From contig JAAOMT010000620.1 in assembly GCA_016748015.1 (NCBI GenBank), positions 222,940 through 286,939 of the forward strand: a stretch of DNA of 64,000 bases, in the 5' to 3' direction. The translations under genes were made by a program, and so were the position numbers. The notes beneath the pieces are model-generated. The model ran no database searches. It had not been told where the DNA came from and was given only the letters and a program-made list of their open reading frames with translations. The stretch is from Geosiphon pyriformis uo1 (lineage: Eukaryota > Fungi > Glomeromycota). Below, in pieces: positions 40,501-51,400 of the stretch. Positions within the stretch are counted from its first letter, which is position 1; the number at the start of each line of letters is the position of its first letter.

Positions 40501-41000
40501 ATGTCAGCAAATTCTGCAATTAACTCTTTGAGCTGGGTCTGTTGTTGTGATTCAAGTTGTCCCATGTTGATTCGAGATAGTTTTTCCATGACAACATGGT
40601 AGTTTTCGGAGCTGGGGTTTGGGTTGGTTTTTGGTATTGAATGTCCAATAATTTCAGAGAAATCGGGAACTATTTGAGATAATTTTTGTTGAAATATATT
40701 ACTGTGAATAACTCCAATTTCTAAATTATTTAATAAAATTATGGGGTAATTATTGAGGTTGTAAAAAGTAACTCGGACTTTCTTTGTTCCTTCTGGAATA
40801 TAAATGTTTGGGATCGAAATATTATGTTCCAAGCAGACTTTTTCATTGGACTCAAAAATTTGTTGTGTGGTTGTTGACTTTGGGCAGATGTAGATTTCCG
40901 GATATTTTCCAAAGGGTGAGATAGTAATCGGTTGTGGAAGTCTGAGAATCTGGTGGGATTTGTTCTGTGTGTTAAGAACTATATTAACTGGAACTGTGAA

Positions 41001-41400
41001 TCATCCAGTTGAACCAAAACCTTGGGTTCCTCTATCGCTTTTTCCTAATTGTTCTCTTTGATTAACTAGTTGCAAACCCGAAATGTTAATTAAGGGTAGG
41101 TAAATAGCTTGGGCAATTTTTTCAGCATGTTCAATCTTGAATGGTTTGTCAGTTTCATTTTGAAGCATCACTGTTATGTCTCCAGTATATCCAGCATCGA
41201 TTATTCTTCCTCTGACATTGATTCTTTTGCTTGCCAGAGAGGACCGGGAAGTGATTTGAACCATTGCTCCTAGTGGGATTTCGAGTGCAATTTTGAGGTT
41301 GATTTTTGTGAGAGATTTGGGTTTGAGAACAAGAGTATTCTTGCCTGGATATCTTAGGTCATATCCAGCATCAATTTCATGTGCTTTTTCGGGTTTTATT
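41001..41400 (-). pseudogene. Retroelement dUTPase domain (element C), nearly intact
   Basis: AHEIDAGYDL, SRSSLA, IIDAGYTG, KIAQAI, RGTQGFGSTG. Confidence 0.92.
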
Positions 41401-43232
41401 TCTTGTCCATTGTTGTTGAAGTATTTAAGTTGTAAGGCAGACTGATTTTTGATAAGGTAGATGGGTGTTGTTTCAATTTCTTCCATTTCTTCAGGTTCTC
41501 CGAATTCAATTTTATTCTCATCATTTTCACTGGGCAAGGGGATACTAAAAGCATAGCATTCAGGACACCATTGTTCATTGCAAGGCATAATGCATTCTTC
41601 ACATAGCCTAATGTTCATTTGCTCTAATTATTGAATTTAAGCTTCTTGGGTCAGGTAGGTGTGACTTGCAATTTGGTGGTAGACTTTTACTTCATTTTTG
41701 TAATCAAATTCAGCTAATTCCATAGTGTATTCAATGTATTCTGCTTCCTTCATTTGACAAACATCTTCTTTGGTAGCTCTATTAATTAATGCCATTGCTA
41801 AGTCGAAAATCATCTCGGCATTATAAGGGTAGTGATAAAGTTTGTTGAAAGCACTATTGTATGCTGCATTAAAGGGTGTTCCTCTTTTTACTTTTTCTGA
41901 AATTAATAAAGCATATTGGCAGGTCTGATCGCAGACACCTCCTCTCATTGCTACATCAATCCAATTGTATTCTTCCGGTAGCATATCTCCACAAGTCAAA
42001 CAAGGGGTATTGTCCTATTTTCCACTCTTTTTTATTAGATGGCCCCATTGCTCTCTGTGGCAAGCCTTGCAGTAATAACAAATATGATTCTCATATTCTT
42101 CTTCAGGTGAAATGCAGGCTCCCATTGACGATAGTTTCTTGTGGCAGTCCTTATATTTAAGGGGAATATAGGGGCATTGTTTCCTTGGTTCAGGTTTTGA
42201 GTAAGATATATTCTATCCAGAGGTTTCAGGTTTAGTGTGTGGGGTAAAATGTTCTTGTTCTGTTTCATCGGCCCAGTTGGACATTGATCCAAGAGCCATG
42301 AATGTTTCGATTATTGGTTTTTCTTCTTCTGGTTCAAATTTAAAAGCCAGGGCTTTTTCAGAGCGTTTGTTGAATATACCACAAATGGCAGGTACCCGGG
42401 TGTGTTGTCCTTGGTAGGAGATTGTTAACTTTTGTGTTTCCCAATTCAGATTAGCATTGGCTTTTTGAAGCCAATCATTTTTGACGAGAGCTTGATACTG
42501 GGGTGCGTCCATTACAAGAACTTTGACTGGAATGGTGATTCCATCAAGAGTAAATGGAAAATTGTCAATTTCTCCTACTGGGGTCTTTTTTATGCCATCG
42601 GCAGTAACAATTACTGTTTGAGCTGGTCGGTCGACATTTCTTTTCAACTGTTGCATTAACTGGTAGGTAATAATGCTTCCGGCGGATCCATTGTCTAGGA
42701 TCAAGCAAATTGGCTTTCCTTCTACTTCAGCTTCTGTGTACATTGCAGTGATAGCTTTTTGCTCATTAGCTGCTGCATTGCTAAGCAAAAATGGTGATTC
42801 ATTTGCTTCAAATTCAAAAGGAGAGATATCAGAGAGATTGGCATTTTCAGCAATTCGGGCTGGTGGAATAGTGGTGTGATTATAAGAAGGGTTTCATTGT
42901 TGTTGTGCTGCAGCTCTACCTTCTGAGAGTGCAGTATGGTGAAAATCCTGTTCTTCTAGCATTGTTAAATAACTGGGTTGAGTGTGGTAATGGTTGGGTC
43001 TTGGTTGAGTGGTATTTCAGAGAACCAATTGGTTGTTTGAACTGATTCTACTGTTGTTTACTTGGTATCGGTTTTGTGGTGTGAATTGATTTTGTGTAAT
43101 CAGTCTTCGAGCAGGTACTTGATAATGTTGTGTGGGTGGTTGTTGGTATTGCTGTTGGATTGGTTGTGGGGTGGGCTGATAATAGTTATTTTGGTATTGG
43201 GGTCTTGATGGATAGTAAGCTGGTGGTGATGG

Positions 43233-44042
43233 TTAATAATAAGATTGCTGTGGTGGAGAGTAACATAGATTACCCCTATTTTGTTGGTTTTGTTGTAGCT
43301 TTCTGCAATTTCTTTTCCAGTGGCCAGAGATTCCACAGTAATGGCAATTTTGGGGCTGGTTATTGGAAAGTGGTGCAAAGTTATTTTGATTTTGTCTTTG
43401 GAGTGGTTGATATCTTTGTTGTTGTTGGTTGGTAAAATAGTTTTTGACCTTCTTTGTGAATTGGTCAATTTTTTCCTCAGCTGCTGAGCTGGTTTCTCCA
43501 ATTGCCAAATTTACAAGTTTTGTACAATTGGCTTCTTCCATGGCCATTTCGTATCTTTTTGCATACTGTATGACAGAGTTTAAATCTTCTGGCGCGTATG
43601 GGCGAACCTTTTTAATTAGTTTATCTTTTAGACCAGCAATAAATTGATCCAAAATTTGAGCATCAGAATAATAATCATTTGTCTTGAGTTGGCGAATCTG
43701 TTTGAGAAGTTTGTTGAATTTCCCAATATAAGTCATAATGGATTCGGAGGGTTCTTGTTTGATATTTCGAAAACGATTGCGAAGAGTGATGGAGGTATTA
43801 TTGTCAGTAAACTGTTCAAGGAAGGCTGCTTTGAAAGCATTCCAATCATTGAATGGGGCAGCAAAGTTTTCAAACCATTCTCCTGCTGTTCCTTTGAGAA
43901 AGTAGGGAATTGTTCTTAACATTCTGGCAGCGTTCCATCCATTTGCATCTCCAGCTTTAGTAACTTGGTCGAACCATTTTTGGGGACTGGTCTCAATATC
44001 TTTTCCATTGAATTCAGGGATTTTTGCAATGTATGTTGTCAT
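43233..44042 (-). pseudogene. Gag capsid and CCHC nucleocapsid region of element C
   Basis: Retrotransposon gag-like IKQEPSESIMTYIGKF...DQFIAGL and a CX2CX4HX4C knuckle. Confidence 0.88.
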
Positions 44043-44371
44043 TTTGTTTTCTTCATTTTCACTGTCTATTGATTCTTCTTCGGTTATTTCAGAGTTGTTT
44101 TCTTTGTTTGCTGCTGTCTCAGAGTGTTCACTTTGATTTTCAGCTAGAAAATCAAGGAGATTGGAACTAGTTTAAAGGGGTTCTTGTTGTCTGGTGGGAC
44201 TTCTGAGTGATGTAAAATCTTCTGGTCTTGCAAATCAATTCAAGGGTGAATTAGGTGTTTGTGCTTGTGCAAATGAAGCTGGAAAAGGTGTGATAGTAAG
44301 TGGAAGTTTTGAACTGGTTCCTTGTTCAGGTGTTTGTAAATGTTTGGCAGTTGTTTTCAGTAGTGTTGGAG

Positions 44372-44782
44372 NNNNNNNNNNNNNNNNNNNNNNNNNNNNN
44401 NNNNNNNNNNNNNNNNNNNNNNNNNNNNNNNNNNNNNNNNNNNNNNNNNNNNNNNNNNNNNNNNNNNNNNNNNNNNNNNNNNNNNNNNNNNNNNNNNNNN
44501 NNNNNNNNNNNNNNNNNNNNNNNNNNNNNNNNNNNNNNNNNNNNNNNNNNNNNNNNNNNNNNNNNNNNNNNNNNNNNNNNNNNNNNNNNNNNNNNNNNNN
44601 NNNNNNNNNNNNNNNNNNNNNNNNNNNNNNNNNNNNNNNNNNNNNNNNNNNNNNNNNNNNNNNNNNNNNNNNNNNNNNNNNNNNNNNNNNNNNNNNNNNN
44701 NNNNNNNNNNNNNNNNNNNNNNNNNNNNNNNNNNNNNNNNNNNNNNNNNNNNNNNNNNNNNNNNNNNNNNNNNNNNNNNNNN
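44372..44782. other. Assembly gap (411 N) hiding the PBS and 5' gag of element C
   Basis: Run of n. Confidence 0.99.
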
Positions 44783-47700
44783 CCTATAATTTGAACTTGC
44801 TGGGCTTATAAGTGGAATGGCCAATTCCGTGCCAGTTGCTTTATGTAGTTACATTGTAGTAAATGTCAACTCTTTTCCAGGAATTGCTCGTCTGGAAGCT
44901 CACTAAAAATGTGTAGTTACTTTGCTGTAAAAGTCAACTCTTCTACAGGAATCTTGTCTGTAGGCTACCCTGATGATTGTAATAAGAAAAGAAAAGAAAA
45001 ATAAAAGAAATGTAAAAGAAATAGAATTTTGTCAAGAGAAACGTTTTCTATCCAGGCCTGGAGTCACTAACAGTTTACTGAAATTGGTAGCTAATCAATT
45101 TCAAAATGTTAGTTGGGTTTTTGGGGGTTTTTCTAAGTATAATAATTAAAGAATTTGGTTTTTTGAATTTATTTGATATTTATTTCTTTTTGTGTGTATA
45201 GAAACAGTTTTTTTTTTTAAAAGATAAATCTAAAGTAAGATACATTTTCTCGAAGAGAGAAGCTCTTCTTTTATACAACTTGTCGTAACACTATTCTATG
45301 AACTTGAACTTTGCTATTTTCTACAATTTTGCTGAATTAAAGATACATTTCAGCGAACTACAAGTTATTTCTGTGAACTATTAGATATTTCGGTGAACTA
45401 TCAATTATTTCAGCAAATTTCTATAAATTTCGGCGAACTTTTGAATGTTACATAGTTTGGGGTATTGCATGATTGATCATCACAATTAGGTTACATTTGT
45501 GTTGTGTACAATTTGAGTTATTAATTAAATGATAATTTCAGACATTCTTTGCTAATGTAATAAGTGATAATTTGAAATGATAATATATGCTAATTAATGA
45601 TAGGAATTATAAGATAATTTCATGCTAAATAATATCTCTAATTTCGTCTGGTAACACTATTGTCATTTCATGAGAGTATTGGCAGCAGCTTATTGTGTTC
45701 TTCATCAGCCCATAAGACTTGATACACTTCCCAAGTAGGTTTTGGTTTTTTTTCTTCGAAGTCAATTAGTGGTGCTGTGGTGTTGGTAGCTTTGAAGTGA
45801 CCACACATTGCTAGTACTCACATGTGTTAACCATTCTGGCTGAGTACTAGTTCTTGAGTCATCTAATCAAGCATGACATTGATTTTGGATAGCCAGTCAT
45901 TACCAACTAAAGCTTGATATTGGGTGGCTTCCATCACCAGAACTTTGATGGGTACTATGATGCCATTGACTTCAATTGAGAAGTTATTGATTTCACCAAT
46001 TGGTTTTGGTGGTTCCATCCGTGGTGATAATCCTGACACTGGCAGTGCGATCAACTCAGCAACCTAATTGATCCATGAGTTGTCATGTAATGATGCTGCC
46101 TGCTGAACCACTGTCAAGGATTAATTTGATGAAGTGGCCATCAATCTTGGCATTAGTGTACATGGCTGTGATCAGTTTCTCTTCAAGTACTGCTCCATTG
46201 AATAATAGTGTATCTGATGGTTCCTCAAGTTCGAATGAGAAGAGGCATCCAAAGATTCATTTTCGGTAATTGTAGCAGATGGAATATTATTGGTAGGTGG
46301 TTGTTGTTGTTGTTCAATTCCCTGATTGCTGGAAGTGGCATCTTCTGGAGTCATCAGAAGGCTTAAATAGTGTTGGAAATTTGGGTTTTGGGTGGGATCA
46401 GTGCCCAAATTCCACTGATGAAATTCTGATTGTTGATAGAAAGAGCTGGGGATTAGTTGATATACAACTATTGCTGATTTCCAGTTTTGGGTGATCCTTG
46501 ATCTTGGGTTCCCTGATGTTATTTGAGCTGGGTTTGCTGGTGGTGTTTGAATAGTGGGTGTTTGATAGATTGCTGGTGGCTGTAGTTGATATATTACTTG
46601 TGGTTGCACCTGATAAATTGTTTGTGGCTGTGGTTAATAAACTGGAGTTTGATAAACTGGCAGTTGATAAATTGGTTGGTGCATCATAGGCAGGTAAGTG
46701 AGTTGGTATTGGTCTTGATTCAGGTGATGGTTCGGAATCTGGAACCGGTGATTAGGATTTCTATATTGATTTCCCAATTGTGAATTGCTATAAGTATAAC
46801 AGTTGGCTCTGATGTGTCCTTGTTTACCACAGTTGTAACAGATGTGTGTTTCTGGCTGCCACGACTAATTGGATAATGACAATAGATATGACTGATTTTG
46901 GAAACAATTCGTGTTTTCCTGATTGTTACACCATTGAGAGGTTGATAAATTGTGCGATTGTCAGCTAAGTATCCCTCTAATTTCTGATTAATTGAATTAC
47001 TGAATTGCTTCAATTCGGAATCCAATTCAGATGATTCATTCATTGCTAGATTCACAGCTTGAGTGTGATTAGCTTCTAGTTCAGCTGCTTCAAAATCCCT
47101 GGTGTAGGTGACTGTGGTTGGAAGGTCCACTGGGTGCATTGGACATACTTGTTGTAGGATGCTACTGCACAATCCTCTAATAAATTGATTTAAAATCTAT
47201 GGTGCTGTAAAATAGTCAGCTTAGATGGCTTGTATTTGGCATAGATTTCTATAGAAGTGTCCCAAGTAGGTAGTGACTGCTTCAGTGTCCTCTTGTCTGA
47301 TAGTGGTAAAGATGTTGGCTAATTTGTTGATACTATTATTGTTGCTAAAGTACCACAAGAATTCAGTTTTGAATCCATTAAAATTTTGGGGTTTAACAAC
47401 AAAACTTTGATACCATGCATTAGCAGTATTCTGGAGAAAAAAAGGGATTACTTGCATTGCTCTAGCATCATCTCAATTATTGGCTGTAATGGCTTTGGCC
47501 ACATCATTTAACCAGACTTGGGCATTATTTTCTTCACTGTTGAATTTGTCAAGTTTCACAATGGGTGCATAAGCCATTTGTTGTTGCTGTGATAGTAAAA
47601 GTTGTTGTTGTTGTTGGGGCAGTACTGGTGGTAGTTGTTGATTTTGTTGGTTCAGTGGTTGAATGGGCTGGCTAATTAGTTCAATGGGTGGTTGATCAAT

Positions 47701-48448
47701 GACAATAACTGGAGGTAAGTGTTGATTAATTACTTTGGGGTTTGGATTGTTCTGATTTGGTGGGGTTTGAAATTCGGAGTGTCGTTTTCTGAATTGTCTA
47801 AATTGGGCTGGGTTTGAAAGTTCGGGGTTTCAATTTCCAGGTTTTTTAGAATCAGGTTTTGGTAAGTAAATTCTTGATCCTCAGATTCTTTTTTCTCTTC
47901 TACTTCTTGTTCTTCTTCCGATTCAGTAATTTCCCAAGGACTTGCAATTCTGAAATTCGGTTGAGATGGTGGTGATCAAAATTCTGATGGCATCAGTAAT
48001 CGAGATTTAAATCCTTCAAAATACTCGCCATATAGTTCTAGTAAATCCTCTTTTCTTTGTTTAGTTTGAAATAAAAAATGTCCAAATGTTGATGTTGCGT
48101 TTGATGCAAACATGTCTGTTGATGATATATTAATGACACTTCCAAAGGTATAGTGGTAGAATGGGTTGTTTGGAGACTCAACTCTAGTTTTCTTCTAAGT
48201 GGGTGGTTGTATCCTTTGAGGTGTTACTACTGGTGTTTGTAGTTTTTCTTTGTCTTTACTTGTGTAAGTAATTGGGTATCTTTGCTGTGTGTGGTGTTTA
48301 ATTTTTTTGTTGATCTTAGTGATAATAAATGTAAAATTATGATTTGTGGGTAGGCTGGTGTTTTGAATTAATTTATTGTAAAAAGTTTTTCTTACTGATT
48401 CAATATTCATGGATGTTCTCAACAGATAGGCAATCCTTTTGTTGATAT

Positions 48449-51400
48449 TATTACAGGTGATTATTTTTACTGTTGAATTAAATAACAAACCCATAACTTG
48501 GTGCTCAAAAGCTATTTCTGTTGATAATATTATGAAAGTGTTGTATCTGAAAGTTTTGATGGAGTTCTTTGTATAATAGACAGAGATTCAATAGTGTCAA
48601 TAGTAGATATATCTTTCCAAAAGTTTTCCCAATTTCTTTCTCAGTGTGGTGGCCAGATTTAGTCTGGCAGTCGTGCTCTTCTAGTAAGCTATCTGATAAT
48701 ATATAAAATCCTACCCTTATTTCTGGGTCTTTTACCAGGCTATTCTTGACATCAATAATTCAGTGCTTAATCTTTTTAATTAATTAGTATACAACAACAA
48801 AATCAAAGAAAGAAAGAAAATAAAAATAAAGAAAATAGAGAAAATAAACCAAGGCAATTTGTTAGTATCTGGTCAATAGCTGTGATCAAGAGCTATTGTT
48901 TCAGCATGGTTAAGTATCAATTACTATCAACACTTTATGTTGATAGTGGAGAGTGGGTTGAGATATGGAATAATTATTTATTTGATGATTGGGAACTGGA
49001 AGGTTGCTTAGATTAAATCTAAACTAAGAGGTTTCTCTTTTTAGCTTCTAATTCTACTGCTATATATACATAATTGAGATTCCTTAATTCCTTAATTCTT
49101 TGTGACAGGAATCCTGAGATTTCTGGAATCTTGTAATTCCTGATGAGAGGAATCCTGGAATTTTGGAATCCTGCAATTCCTCGTCAGAGAATTCTGAAAT
49201 TTCTGGAATCCTGTAATTCCTCTGAGAGGAATTCTGGAATTCCATATTTACTATGTCTATCTCTAATTGGCTAATATCTACTGACTAATAATACTATATT
49301 TCCTATATTCTATGAGTAACATTATTCCCTCCTTTTAATATTGAGCTCCATTAAAATCTAATTCTTTTAATTCCCCTTCTTGAATTATTTCTTGAACTTC
49401 TTTTTTGAGTATTACTTGTGTTATTTTATTTTGTAGTTTTTCAAATTGGGTGTTGGTCATTTTTCTCAATTGATTACTCGTAACTGTATCCATTGTCATG
49501 TTGAGTAAGATTTCTGGTTGGTTTTGAAATCCCATATATAGCCAGTAAATGGCTTGAGCTTGTGTGGTTAGATTGTTTTTTCCCACAAATTGTTCTAGTT
49601 GTCCCAGTATTGTGGTGTCAAATAACTATTTTGTTTTGTCAGTGTACAAGTTCTGGATATTTATGTGTTGTCCCAAGTAAAAATAACAATAGTTTTTTGG
49701 AAATTGTTGTATCCACCAAGTCCAAGTTTCTCTGGTAAGTTCTTGGTGTAATTCGACTATTTGTTGTTCTTTCATGGCCAATTTTATCTTGGTCATAATC
49801 TTGTTGACCACATTTTCAAGTCTTTTCTGTGCTTTGTTTTGTGGTATCTTTGTCGTATTTTTGTAACAAATGGTTTGTTGATTGATGGTAATTTCCATCT
49901 CCTGGTGTTGGATTAATTGAAAAATTTGTTAAGCTAGTGAATAGATATTGTCTATAATCTCCATTTTTCTGATCTCTTCTGTCATGTCAACCATGTTTTT
50001 TATATATTCTTTTGTCAATCAATTGGACGTGTTGTTGTCAATGATAATGATTGATTCCAGATCTCGTGGAATCTCATCTGGTTGGACTAGTATTCTCTGT
50101 ACTCCTAATTGTAGAATATTACTGGTAGATAATGATGCTATATGATGATATGGTTTTAGTCAATCTCCATGTGTTGCTTTGGTTAAGATTTTGTTATTTA
50201 ATCTTAATTTGTAAGCTCTATTTTCTAGAATTTCTTCTATGTAAAATGGTCCATCCCATTTGGGGTCAAATTTTCTACTCCATTGTTTTTCTGCTTTGGT
50301 ATGATGTAGTAGTACTTTGTCTCCAATCCTGAATTCAACTGGTTTATTTAGTAGTTGGTTATCATGTCTTTTTTTTTGTTTCTCTTGTAACTTTTGTATG
50401 TTATTAGCTGCTCTTTATTGTTTGTTTTCTAATGTTTTCATTAAGTCATATGTTCTTTTCAACAATGTATTTTTGAAATTCTCTTCTGTTATTGGTTCGG
50501 TTGGGTATGTGCTAACTTCTATTTCCACTGATAGTGTTGTTGTTCTACCATATACTAATTCAAATAGTGTTGCTTGTATAGTATCTTGTTTCATTGTTCG
50601 ATAAGCAAATAGTACTGATGGTATCAACAAATCCCAATTGTTTTGGTTTTCTTGGCTGAGTTTAGCTATTGCTTTACACAATGTTCTGTTGAATCTTTTG
50701 ACTAATCCATTGGTTTGTGGATAGTATGGTGATGATAATGGTCTCTTAATTCCAAATCTTTGGCTCAATTCTGTTAATGTTTTGTTCACAAAATGAGTTC
50801 CTTGATCTGATAATAATTCTTTTGGACATCCATGTCGACAGATCAAATCCTAATAAACAAATTCGGCAATGGATTCTGTATCCGCTCTTTGAATTGCTTT
50901 CACCTCTGGCCATTTAGTGAGATAGTCCATGGCTACTGTTATGTACCCATTTCCTCCACTGGTGATTGTTAATGGTCCAACTAGATCAATTCCAACATGG
51001 TCGAATGGTTGTTCTACTTTGATTGGTCTTAATGGTTCACTGGGTTTTGTACCTCCTCTTCACTGACAAGCATCACAATTTTGAATATATTGGATAATAT
51101 TTGGATACATTGATGGCCAATAGTATCTTTTTCTGGTTCTTTCCATGGTTGCTTCTTTGTAAAAATGTCCTGCTGTTAGATTTGAGTACATGTTAAATAA
51201 TATTGTCTCTTTTTTTGGTTCTGTAATTACTCTGGTTGGTTGATCTGGATTTTTTCTATTTTTCTGATAAAGTATATTTTGGTGAGTGATAAAATATTTT
51301 GATTGTTGTTTAATATTCTTTTGTTCTGTTTGAGATAAATTCTCCTTGAACTGTTGAGTGTTTATATAATATTGAAGTTGTTGATATTTTTGTATGTTCA

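Larger units (their letters stand above)
35941..45656 (-). mobile_element. Ty3/Gypsy element C, the least decayed. 3' LTR 35941-36933; ORF3; IN 37738-39112; gag-PR-Cys-dUT-RT-RH 39162 to >44371; partial 5' LTR 44783-45656
   Basis: Distinct LTR family with TGTTAC termini; PPT GAGGAGGAAGTTA; capsid plus CHYCGISGHWKRNC; protease LILDNGSAG; RT YLDD; integrase CDSC/GIDLIGP/SDQ. Flanks ATGT and CTAT do not match. Confidence 0.88.

Noticed and set aside
44194-44824. ORFs spanning the N run
   Set aside because: Artefacts of the assembly gap.
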